The notes under the pieces are model-generated. The model saw only the letters and a list, made by a program, of their open reading frames with translations. It was not told where the DNA came from and did no database searches. A stretch of 63,817 bases of DNA, filler included, from Octopus bimaculoides (taxonomy: Eukaryota), in NCBI RefSeq assembly GCF_001194135.2. It is 7 parts of 6 records of this genome, joined end to end, with 100 filler letters (N's around TTAATTAATTAA, not from the genome) between each part and the next. Parts side by side here need not be neighbours in the genome. Positions count along the whole stretch, not along the records: positions 1 to 17,525 come from NC_068989.1; positions 17,626 to 23,776 come from NC_068981.1; positions 23,877 to 46,082 come from NC_068981.1; 4 more parts are not named here. One strand, given 5' to 3'. Position numbers and translations under genes: made by a program. Numbering within the stretch: the first letter of the stretch is position 1; each line of letters opens with the position of its first letter. Shown piece after piece: positions 12,806 to 24,373 of the stretch.

Positions 12806-13151
12806 TTTCCTTTCTGAATTCAAACTTTGCCAAAGCTGACTTCGTTTTTCAATCTTCCAGGGTTAATAAAATGAATACAAGTCAAGTACTGGGGTCAATG
12901 TAATCAACTACTCTCCTTTCCTGACCCAAACTTCAGACATGGTGCTTACAGTAAAAAAGAATTATTACTTCAGAGTAGTGAATGGGCAGAATTAATTGCT
13001 TGAGTATAAGCAAAAGTAGGTTGTAGCATTTTGATCAAACTTTTTGTTCTGAATTCAAATCTTGCCAAGATCAACTTTGCCTTTTATTTGGTCAATGGTA
13101 TTGAATAAGCTGTTACTAAGAGTAGCTGACTGTGTGCTTAAATTATAAACA

Positions 13152-13196
<45 letters not shown>

Positions 13197-14238
13197 GAGT
13201 GAGAGAGCAGTGCTTGCCATCAAAGTGACACGGGTAAAATATACAAAACCCAGTATACCCATCATGATTACCCATCTGATAATGGTACTAAAGGCACATG
13301 CATCACAATTATATGTGTGTGAAATGGTGACTTCATATCAAGATAAACAGCACATGACCTTGCAGGTGGGGCCCAGTTAGAATTTTCTTCAGGTCAAGTA
13401 GCCCATCCCACCCAAAAAGTTGTTTAAAGATGTTGAATGAAACACCTATGTTTCCAAAGGTGAATAATCCAAACCCAAAAGAATTCCTCTCAACACATGG
13501 CTATGAGGTTCCCCCACTACTTCTGCTTGTGATCAGAGATGCACATAACGTCATCCACTAAGGGACATGCTCAACTGGTTAAGGTCAAACAACTGACAAG
13601 CAAATCTGTGGTATTGAGCAGAATATTTGCTGTAGCCCATCTTTTATACCAAGACAAAACAACGTATATGATAACACTTCCAATCAGTTAAGATCAGAAG
13701 CCACAAGAGCCACTGCCTGGTACTGCATCAGGGTATTTATCATCATCATCATCATTATTATTAATGAGTGAGAGAGCAGTGCCTGCCTTCAAAGTGACAC
13801 GGAGGTAAAATATACAAGACCCAGTATACACTTCATGATTATCTGTCTGATAAGGGTACTAAAGGCACATGCATCACAATTATATGTGTGGAACATGGTG
13901 ATCTCATATCAAGATAAACAGCACTTGATCTTGCAGGTGGGGCCCAGTTAGAATTTTCTTCAGGTTGAGTAGCCCATCCCACTCAAAAGGTCCCTGAATA
14001 AGGATTGTTTAAGGATGTTGAGCAAAACACCCATGTTTCCAAAGGTGAATTATCCAAACCCCAAAGAATTCCTCCCAACACATGGCTATGAGGTTCCCCC
14101 CACTACTTCTGCTCGTGATCAGAGATGCACATAACGTCATCCACTAAGGGACATGCTCAACTGGTTATGGTCAAACAACTGACAAGCAAATCTGTGGTAT
14201 TGAGCAGAATATCTGCTGTAGCCCATCTTTTACACCAA
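13197..14238 (-). repeat. Two tandem copies (13197-13740, 13766-14238) of an approximately 540-bp (AAT)n-tailed retroposon (family D)
   Basis: Directly repeated, highly similar blocks, each abutting an (ATT)n tract. The second copy is truncated at the family A SINE at 14238. Confidence 0.9.
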
Positions 14239-14858
14239 GGTGGCAAGCTGGCGGAATCGTTAGCATGCTGGATGAAATGCTTAGCGGTATTTTGCTTCTC
14301 ACTACGTTCTGTGTTTAAATTCTGCTGAGGTTGACTTTGCCTTTCATCCTTTAGGATTTGATAAAATAAGTACCAGCTGAGCACAGGGGTCAATGTTATC
14401 AACTTACTCCCTCCCCCACCGAATTACTGGTCTTGTGCCAAAATTTGAAACCATTACTATTATTATTAAGGTGGTGAGCTGGCAGAACTGTTAACAAGTC
14501 AAACAAAAGGTTTAGAAGCATTTTGTCTGTCATTACAGTCTGAGTTCAAATTCTGCTGCAGTTAACTTCACCCTTCATCCTATTGGGGAAGCAGCTATTG
14601 AACACTGGAATCAATGTAATTGACTGACCCCTGCTCCCAAAATTTCTAGCCTTGTGCCTATAGTGGAAGGGATTATTATAATGGAGAAAGTGGTGAGCTA
14701 GCAAAATCTTTAGTGGTATTTTATCTGTCTTTCCGTTCTGAGCTCAAATGCCACCAAGGTCGACTTTGACTTTTATTTTGTTAGGTTTGATGAAATAAGT
14801 ACCAGTTGCACACAGTAATTGATGTAATCATCTAGCTCCCTCCCCCGAAATTTCAAAA
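14238..14858 (+). repeat. Three head-to-tail family A SINE copies
   Basis: Heads at about 14238, 14468 and 14686, each followed by the B-box, core and (ATT)/(ATC) tail. Confidence 0.85.
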
Positions 14859-14927
14859 TTATCATCATCATCACCGTCATCGTCGTCGTCGTCGTCGTCA
14901 TCATCGTCATCGTCATCCTCATCATCA

Positions 14928-14977
<50 letters not shown>

Positions 14978-15685
14978 TCAAAAAATAGTGCTCACTGGAA
15001 CTGCTCATATCCTATGGAAAATATTGTCTATGTAATCCCAAAAACATTTTAATCTGCAAACATTGTCAAAAGTACTTTTAAATGTACATAATAGCAAACT
15101 CATCTTAACATCACACTATCATCTTATAATCAAATTACTTTTAAAACAAACTTCTAATTTACTTGTTTCAACAGACATTCTCTAGAACAATACTCTGTGC
15201 AAAACCAAATATATGGCACCCTAGTCATAACACCAATTTGAACTTCTAACTTGTTGTCTCTTGAGGTCTCTGAATAAAAATTAGAGTCAGCTTGTACAAA
15301 TACAAAGCAAAAGTCAAACATATTATTATTATTTCTCTCGGTGCACTATGATTATACGTTCAGTGAATCATGCCTGCTATACTTCTTTCCAAAATTTGCC
15401 TGTCTACTAACAGTCCCCACCTCTCACTACAATTCAGTGTCATAGTTCATACAGAAAGTATCATGCTATCTAATCCTTTATTGGAAAGAAAAGCTTCTTC
15501 TCAGCAGAGGTAACACCTCCTTGAACTTTTACCACTCTATTCATATTCTAGCTAATAATTGTCATTGTTACAAATGCTGTTGTTTCTGGCAGTCGTTGAT
15601 GTTGTTTCTTGTGGTTGTCTTCCTGATGTTGTAGTTGTTGTTGATATTGTTGCTGCAGCTGTTGTTGTTGTTGTTGTTGTTATCG

Positions 15686-15738
15686 TTAATATTTCAAATT
15701 GGCATTGTAGAAGTGCTGGACAATAATCTGTCTGCTAT
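15686..15738 (-). CDS. Candidate terminal coding exon
   Basis: Strong acceptor ttttatatttattgtttcatattacag|. Phase 1 reads xSRQIIVQHFYNANLKY*; phase 0 reads IADRLLSSTSTMPI*. The frame is unresolved. Confidence 0.35.
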
Positions 15739-16031
15739 CTGTAATATGAAACAATAAATATAAAAATTGTTGAATTGAAATAATATATCGGATTTAGCCA
15801 ACTGTAACAAATGCATGGTACAAATGTTATGACTTTTGGGTTGTTTCTGTTTCTGCTTTATGTTTATATCTCCATAGCCATTCATTTATCTACCAATCTA
15901 ATAATCTATGTGTAGACATACATACATACATACATAATTTCATAAATGCAAGCATAGTCTGTATATATATCCTCAAATATACTTCAATGCATACATATAT
16001 GTATATGAGTGTGTGTGTGTTTATATATATA

Positions 16032-16538
16032 NNNNNNNNNNNNNNNNNNNNNNNNNNNNNNNNNNNNNNNNNNNNNNNNNNNNNNNNNNNNNNNNNNNNN
16101 NNNNNNNNNNNNNNNNNNNNNNNNNNNNNNNNNNNNNNNNNNNNNNNNNNNNNNNNNNNNNNNNNNNNNNNNNNNNNNNNNNNNNNNNNNNNNNNNNNNN
16201 NNNNNNNNNNNNNNNNNNNNNNNNNNNNNNNNNNNNNNNNNNNNNNNNNNNNNNNNNNNNNNNNNNNNNNNNNNNNNNNNNNNNNNNNNNNNNNNNNNNN
16301 NNNNNNNNNNNNNNNNNNNNNNNNNNNNNNNNNNNNNNNNNNNNNNNNNNNNNNNNNNNNNNNNNNNNNNNNNNNNNNNNNNNNNNNNNNNNNNNNNNNN
16401 NNNNNNNNNNNNNNNNNNNNNNNNNNNNNNNNNNNNNNNNNNNNNNNNNNNNNNNNNNNNNNNNNNNNNNNNNNNNNNNNNNNNNNNNNNNNNNNNNNNN
16501 NNNNNNNNNNNNNNNNNNNNNNNNNNNNNNNNNNNNNN
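16032..16538. other. Assembly gap (one of many); gaps at about 17570, 23821, 46127, 52115, 59150 and 62419 contain a TTAATTAATTAA spacer
   Basis: N runs, most flanked by (TA)n/(CA)n arrays. The identical 12-mer centred in several gaps is a six-frame-stop scaffolding spacer. Confidence 0.95.
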
Positions 16539-18128
16539 TTCTTTTTTTTTTCTTCGTTTTATTTGCTTTTTTCTTTTTAAATTTGCTGTTTTACCCTAAC
16601 CCTATCACCGATAGAATTGTTTCAGAATCGTTTGTTTATGTAGTCGGCACTTAATGTATATCGGCTGAATGGACGTCAGTGATTGGTTGAAATTACAGAA
16701 ATACGACAACTTTAACATGGAATAACTTAAGGATTTCTTTTTTTTTTTAAGAAGACTAAGAGAAAAAGATGTTTTATATGACATATTCTACCAGTGTTCC
16801 AAGTTTCAAAGTGTTTCGTTTATAAAAAATGTGGCCCCCGTTTTAAAAAAGATCCTATATATATATATATATACTTTATTTAAAAGCAGCAGAAATATAA
16901 CAATCCTATTAAATATATTAAATATATTAAATATAACAATCCTATTAAAAATATCGAAGAAAACCTTAAATAGAAACATGGGCTCAAAATACATATTGTA
17001 AATAATTAATTATATTCGAATTAACGGATTAAAATCAAATCAATAAAATAAAGTATACGCTGCATTCAAAATAAAATAAAATAAAATAAAATAAAATTAA
17101 AATTACAATAGCGTGTATGTATACAAGGCTATCCACAACATATATATATATCTATATAGAAACATATACATAGAAATACACAGTTGCATACGCACAGGCA
17201 ATCTACGTAAATAGGCTATATTTACAAGGCACAGATATATACATAAGTACAAATCTACACACATATACGCACACACGCATTTAATTTTGCGCGCGAAAAA
17301 CCTATGCACTGGTAACGAGAATTGTATCTTAATCTATGGAGTGGAGGGGTAAAGAGTAACGTATCTATAATAACGTTAAATATGGGAAAGGGGGTGGCGG
17401 GGGGAATGTAGTTGTCATAAAAAAGGAAAAGAAGAAAGAAAATAAAGAAAGAAAGAAAGAGAAAAAAGAAAGAAAGAAATGGAAAAAAAGAAAGATAGCA
17501 AAGGAAGAAAAGAGAGGAGAGAAAGNNNNNNNNNNNNNNNNNNNNNNNNNNNNNNNNNNNNNNNNNNNNTTAATTAATTAANNNNNNNNNNNNNNNNNNN
17601 NNNNNNNNNNNNNNNNNNNNNNNNNTATTAAGAATAAAAGGTTAAACTTTATATATACAAAGTTTTGATTTAAAAAAAACTTTAACGATATTATAAACTA
17701 TAAAGATTAATAATTAATCAAATAATATTAATCAAAAATAATCGAAAATATATCAACACTATTCCAATCGAAGTTCTAATATTATGTTGAAATGAAACTA
17801 TAACTTCTAAATAATATAGTGTTAAATAAGTTATCTATTAAAATAATCTATAAAGAACCAAATGAATAGTATAAAAACAAGAATACATATTATTTTCAAA
17901 TAGTAGAAAATCTTTAGCAAAGTGAAAACAGTACTTATCCAAATTTTTCCGTAATGAATATATAAATACACACGACATATGTTTACATATATGTACATAC
18001 ACATACAGCCATGTATGTATATCTGCGTGTTATGTTTATCTATATGTGTGTCTTTATGTATTTGACATATTTATAACAGGCAAGTTTTTTTTTTCTTTGT
18101 GAAATTTGCAGTGTTGCTGCACCCTTAC

Positions 18129-18185
18129 ATGCTGCATAATCTTCGTAGTAAAACCTTCTCAGCCTTCTAATGAAGTCTATAATAT
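18129..18185 (-). CDS. Candidate short exon (57 nt, phase 1-1)
   Basis: Acceptor cattgcag|, donor CAT|GTAAGG, frame DIIDFIRRLRRFYYEDYAA. Confidence 0.25.
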
Positions 18186-18953
18186 CTGCAATGACTCCGA
18201 GATGGGTTTGCTGATGGGAATGACAACAATAACAATTGCATTCTTGTTGTGAAGGATTTTTAGCATTTCGTTTGACTGAGTAACAGCAGTGTTTTTATCT
18301 CAGCCTATCTTTACCGCACCTCCGAAATAATAAAAAAATAATATATAAATAAAATAAATGGAGGAAAAATAAATACAAAGAGAAAAAAAAATATATATAT
18401 ATATAAAAAGAAGAAACTGGCTAGTCGTCTAAAGCCCCCAAAAGCCAGCGTGTGACTGAAATGAAATGCCATGGATGGCTTCTCTACTGCCAAAATGGCA
18501 TCGTTATAAATATATAAAAGTATAAATGGATGAATGAATAAATGAATGAATAAATGAATGCATTAATATATAAGTGGGTAAATAAATAGATAAATAAATC
18601 GATAAATAAAGAAATTGACAAATACATTCAAAAATTAAATGTAGACTAATGATACTATACACCCAGACATACACTGATTTTTAAAAAAAATTAGACTCAT
18701 ACGAGTACATATCTCATTATATGCACACACACAACACAGATTACTCACCTAGACATTGAGAAACAGAAAAATCACATTTACTTACACACTAACATACAGA
18801 CATAACATACATTCATATGCAAAAGAAAAAACACAGAACACATGATTCCTGGCACACGTTTGTATTGGACAATCTAGATGCACACGTGTAAACATTTTTC
18901 CAACACATGCACAAATGCAGGCAAAAATAACAATGACAGGCATAAACTCATAC

Positions 18954-19124
18954 CCACATTATCATGTGGAGATGCATTCGTGCATTGTCGTTGCAGTCTA
19001 CTGAACGAGTAGCAGCCGCTCATTGTGTCAAGTTTGTGTGAGCCTCTACATGAGAATTGCCAAATCTTCTTAAAATCAGACTCTACCGTCTTATAAACGG
19101 AAGAATACATCACATAAGGTGATC
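18954..19124 (-). CDS. Candidate internal exon (171 nt, phase 1-1)
   Basis: Acceptor tctatctag|, donor GTGG|GTATGA, open frame GSPYVMYSSVYKTVESDFKKIWQFSCRGSHKLDTMSGCYSFSRLQRQCTNASPHDNV. Confidence 0.4.
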
Positions 19125-19204
19125 CTAGATAGACGATGCTTCAACAGAAATTGGAGGAGTGATCGTGTGTGAAGGTCCTTTCATCAAGTTTTACCAGAAT
19201 TCAT

Positions 19205-19469
19205 AACGAAAACAATAGAACTAAAAAAAATAAGTTCTCTCAAGGAACTCCAGATGATTTCAAAATTAATGTGTGGTTCGGTACTTTTACAGTGTCAAGA
19301 AAACCAGATCTCTGAACCAGGTCAGCAATAGGACTGATCTTTACATTTTCAGCTATCTTTTCAGATACCTAGTTTTCTTTACACTGTAAAAGTACCAAAC
19401 CATACATTGATTTCTAAATCACTGAGGTTCATTGACAGAACTTATTATTTAGTTCTATTGTTTTCGTTT
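19205..19469. mobile_element. Foldback/MITE-like inverted repeat (arms about 100 bp)
   Basis: 19205-19307 and 19369-19469 are reverse complements with scattered mismatches. Confidence 0.8.
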
Positions 19470-19631
19470 TCTCTCTCTCCACATACATACAGATATAATT
19501 ACGTACGTATATGTATGTTATCAATCAGATTCATTTCTGTATTTCTTGTCAATAGAGAAAGAGCCGGACTCTAACATAGATTCAAGGCTTCTTCATTGGA
19601 ACTTTTATCAACATCATCTAGGTATTTGTGC

Positions 19632-19681
<50 letters not shown>

Positions 19682-20544
19682 TTTGGTGTTAGTGTATGCG
19701 CAGATTTGTATGTTTGTTTTATGGATGCGTTTTTACGTATATAGTTTCATTTCTAGGCGTATGCATATGTATTTATGCGCAGATTTGTATGTTTGCTTTA
19801 TGGATGCGTTTTTATGCATATATTTTCATGTCTAGATGCATGCATATGTATTTATGTGCTAAATTTTTGGAAAGTTTTACATATCTTTACAGTTCCATTG
19901 ATGGCTTGAATCTGTAGTCTTCTAATCAGCCTTTTTCGTTTAGGTTTTGAGGACCCTAATTTTTCCAGGTTTTTATGTATGTATGTATGTATGTATGTAT
20001 GTATGTATGTATGTATGGGCGATGGTGTGGTTGTGTGGTAAGGAGTTTGCTTCTCAATCACATGATTTCCGGTTCATTCTCAATGCGTGGCACATTGGGC
20101 AAGTGTTTTCTACTATTGCCGCGGGCCAAACAAAGCCTTGTGAATGGATCAAATAGGTGGGAACTGAAAGAAGCCAGTCGTATGAAAGAAGCCCAAGCGA
20201 AAGTATACTTAGGACACACTGAACATTTGCGGAGATATCTATGTATCTGTCTGTCTGTCTGTCTTATAGAAGTGACTACCAGTAAAAAAGAAGAGAGAAA
20301 GGTTCTCGAATAAAGCAAAAATGGATGAAAAGTTATCAGCTCAAGATTGTGGGTTTCTATGAAGTGAAGCCAGAAAAGGCAGTGTACATGCTTCAGTGTG
20401 TATACGCTTGCGCCAGATTATGTTTTACTTGGTATTAAACATGAGACGACGAGCGTTAGTACATGCATTTGGTTGGGTGATGGGCGGAAGGTAACGGGAA
20501 AACACTGCAGTAAATTGTACCCGCTTATGAATTTTCATATTTAT

Positions 20545-20584
<40 letters not shown>

Positions 20585-20984
20585 ACATGCACGCCCCTCT
20601 TTTATCTTTTACTTGTTTCAGTCATTAGACTGCAGCCATGCTGGAACACCGCTTCGAAGAATTTTCAGTCGAATGAATCGACCCCAGTGTTTATTCTTTA
20701 TGTCTCGTACTTAGTTTATTATACATACACGACTTCAAAAATGTAACTGCATGTAATTGTTGGCGATCCTTTTTCTCCTTTGTCTTAGACCTTCCTGTTT
20801 CTTCCTCTTTCCGAAGAAGAGCTATGCTCGAAACGTAAAACTTCTAATTTTTTTCCTTCTATCGTCTTAATACCTTGCTTGTGCCACGTCCAAACATATG
20901 TTTTTTTCTTCTTTTTCTCTGTGTTTTTTTAATTGACTACACACACACACATATATATACATACATACATACATACATACATAC

Positions 20985-21157
20985 ATTTATCGTTGCTGTT
21001 ATGCAAAAGTGTCGTAAATCCAAAAACGTTGCTCTTTCAGAAAACGAAGCAATAGTTTCACCATTCCGTAGCAAAACCATTGTACTACACTTTGACAATT
21101 TTTGATATGTTGGATCTGAGGTAGCTGGAGATACAATAGTTTGACCAAAAGAATCGG
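20985..21157 (-). CDS. Candidate internal exon (173 nt, phase 1-0)
   Basis: Pyrimidine-rich acceptor ...gtttgtttgcaatag|, donor AAT|GTATGT, open frame ADSFGQTIVSPATSDPTYQKLSKCSTMVLLRNGETIASFSERATFLDLRHFCITATIN. The donor lies in a (GTAT)n array, so its position is ambiguous. Confidence 0.35.
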
Positions 21158-21232
21158 CTATTGCAAACAAACATAAATATTGAAAGGAAAACGTAATTGG
21201 CCAAATTTGGACATACGACGTAATAGCAAAGA

Positions 21233-21265
<33 letters not shown>

Positions 21266-22495
21266 CATAGACTAAAGCCTTACATAGAGCTCTTTTGTAT
21301 ATTAGAAGTAAAAATTCTCGCTGAATTGGCGGTGTTGGAAACACCAATAGACAACCAGCTTTCGCTCTAGTGGTTTATTGTCTTCATGTAATAGTTCAAA
21401 CGAGAAATTTCCTTTTTTTAGGGCCAAAGAAAAATAATTCAACCAATACTCTACCAAAAATTATCTTTGTACCTATGATATCGAATTTATCCTTCCTTTT
21501 TAATACTGTACAGTGTGATTTAATAGAAAATTTGGTTACAATTTCTAGCAGGTTAGCCAACTACATATAGCATGTGTTATGTGATTTGGCCATCTGAGGT
21601 AATTGATTATGAACTATGAATCTCTCGATTAGTCTATCATACTCCCGCTTAATGATGCGGCTACTCATGCTTTCTAAGAAATTGCAGGAGGACGGAGAAT
21701 TAAAACTGACATATATCATTTAGTATATGAAATATCTGGGTTTCTATCGGCTGTAGTTTCATCCTTTCTGTATAGCTTTTTCCATAATCTCCATCTTCAT
21801 AAAATATTCTTACTCAGGAAATTATGTACAAGTTAGGTATTTCGTAAAAAACATCTTAAATGTATGCCTGTTCTGTAATCATTTAAAATGTATTTTCTCT
21901 ATTTTTGCAGTTATACAGTATTTTTTTATAATTCACAGAATTTTAGAACAATAAACTATGTACATTACAGTGTTTAGTGTCTATCTAGTTAAAATTTCAC
22001 TAATGACTACACTGACCTTTCATAAGTTTGAGAAAGTAACTGACGTTGCAATCGTTCGTTCATTTCCCTTTTCTATCTTTCTATTATATATATCAGTTTG
22101 TTACTGCGGCTTTGTGCCTAAGTATGACATCAATATGCAAAAGAATATCTGAATGTGATATTCTGACAAAAGCAAGTTTATTAAGAAAATTAAAGCATAT
22201 TCTTATTATTTTAGCTACCCAAAAATCTAACTTTTTCTTTCAAATTCAAAACAAAAAGAAAAAAGATCGTTTCCAATTTTCAAATTCAACAAAACTGATA
22301 TTAAATAAACATAGAAAACAGCAGTGACAAATAACGAAGTCTACATTTTGTTGTGCGTTTAAATTTCCTTGGAGATTTAATTGGCATTCTTTCAAGGCGG
22401 CGACCAACGATTTCAGGCTGTTTCTCTGCTGAATATATTGGGAAAATTCCTATTTTTAAAACAATACGTAAATTATAAAGAAATAAACACTTCGT

Positions 22496-22526
<31 letters not shown>

Positions 22527-23039
22527 NNNNNNNNNNNNNNNNNNNNNNNNNNNNNNNNNNNNNNNNNNNNNNNNNNNNNNNNNNNNNNNNNNNNNNNNNN
22601 NNNNNNNNNNNNNNNNNNNNNNNNNNNNNNNNNNNNNNNNNNNNNNNNNNNNNNNNNNNNNNNNNNNNNNNNNNNNNNNNNNNNNNNNNNNNNNNNNNNN
22701 NNNNNNNNNNNNNNNNNNNNNNNNNNNNNNNNNNNNNNNNNNNNNNNNNNNNNNNNNNNNNNNNNNNNNNNNNNNNNNNNNNNNNNNNNNNNNNNNNNNN
22801 NNNNNNNNNNNNNNNNNNNNNNNNNNNNNNNNNNNNNNNNNNNNNNNNNNNNNNNNNNNNNNNNNNNNNNNNNNNNNNNNNNNNNNNNNNNNNNNNNNNN
22901 NNNNNNNNNNNNNNNNNNNNNNNNNNNNNNNNNNNNNNNNNNNNNNNNNNNNNNNNNNNNNNNNNNNNNNNNNNNNNNNNNNNNNNNNNNNNNNNNNNNN
23001 NNNNNNNNNNNNNNNNNNNNNNNNNNNNNNNNNNNNNNN

Positions 23040-23075
<36 letters not shown>

Positions 23076-23189
23076 TGTGTATGTATATCTCTGTATATAT
23101 TTATGAATGTATTTATACATACACACACGTGTATGTATGTATGTATGTATGTATGTATGTATGCATGCACGTGTATTTTATACATACCT

Positions 23190-23750
23190 ACGCTTTCGTA
23201 ATGATGTTCCTAGTATGCAACTCTTCTGCGTCGTAGTTAATCGATGTTCTTCCCACTTCATAGTAGTCCACGTCTCATTTGCATATAAGAGCACAGATAG
23301 AACGGTGCCATTGAAGAGGCGAGCACACAAGCTCTTCTTCAGGTTTGCGTTGAGCACATATTTTATCGAGTTAAACGCCATCCGTTTTCTTCTATCCTCC
23401 ACGAAATTTCAATGCCCATGTATCCGCGGATAGTCAATGAGTGGCCCAAACAGACTTATTCCATTACCTTCCGATCCGAAATGGAAGTAATTCGGGAACG
23501 GTGCGGAATGAACAACGCAATTGCAGAATACGGAAAGTACAACTTCCGCTGGGTTATACATGCCACAAAGTTCGTAGATAACAAGTAGATTTGTTCAGGT
23601 GTCCAAGAGATCAGAAAATATCACTCGGAAGACCTCCACAAGAATGGGAGACAATTAAATTAAACAATTTGGGACTAGATGATAACGAAGGACTCAATCA
23701 AGAAGGAATTGGAAGGGTATTGTAACCAGTGGAGTATAGCAATCCACAAT
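23190..23750. mobile_element. RTE-clade LINE fragment with inverted 5' part
   Basis: About 23465-23190 on minus: VCLGHSL...MAFNSIKYVLNANLKKSLCARLFNGTVLSVLLYANETW...ILGTSLR. From about 23474 on plus: IRN(E)VIRERCGMNNAIAEYGKYNFRW...CPRDQKISLGRPPQEW. Confidence 0.8.
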
Positions 23751-24256
23751 ACTCTGGTCGATACAGGTGATGCTATNNNNNNNNNNNNNNNNNNNNNNNN
23801 NNNNNNNNNNNNNNNNNNNNTTAATTAATTAANNNNNNNNNNNNNNNNNNNNNNNNNNNNNNNNNNNNNNNNNNNNTATATACATTATAAACATGTATAT
23901 ATATATATATAATGTACATTTTCGATGAATCATCATTTTCTAATGTACCATTTATACATTGCTGACTTAACTATTTACCAAGATGTAAAGGTTCCGTTAA
24001 TTAAATAAAAACGACCGACTCTGTAAATTTATTTTAAATCAATCGGATGATTTTTCGCTTCCTCCGCACACTTTTATGTTGTATAAATATATTAGTTCTG
24101 AATTTGAACATCAGGCAAGGAATTTATTTAATTTTGTTTTCTTTTCTGTTTTCTTGTTCGTTAATCTCCATCTATCTGTGTTGATCTACATCAACATGAC
24201 GATCAATAGTTTGTGCTACACTGGAATTTAAAGTGGATGCGAACGACATAACTCAC

Positions 24257-24373
24257 CCCTTAGATGATGATAGATTTTATCCATATCGATCTGTAGGTTT
24301 TGATTTAATATCTGATCTTTGAATGACATTACAAGGCCCCAGTCTGCTACAGTTGTGGTTTTTACCTCCTTTT
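24257..24373 (-). CDS. Candidate internal exon (117 nt, phase 1-1)
   Basis: Acceptor ttttgatag|, strong donor AGGG|GTGAGT, open frame xKEVKTTTVADWGLVMSFKDQILNQNLQIDMDKIYHHLR. The other two frames contain stops. Confidence 0.45.

Noticed and set aside
13197-14238. Long direct repeats as a possible CRISPR array or LTR pair
   Set aside because: No short repeat-spacer periodicity, no internal coding region and no TG...CA ends. They are adjacent retroposon copies.
17570-17581. TTAATTAATTAA recurring identically six times
   Set aside because: Always centred within N runs. It is a scaffolding spacer, not biology.
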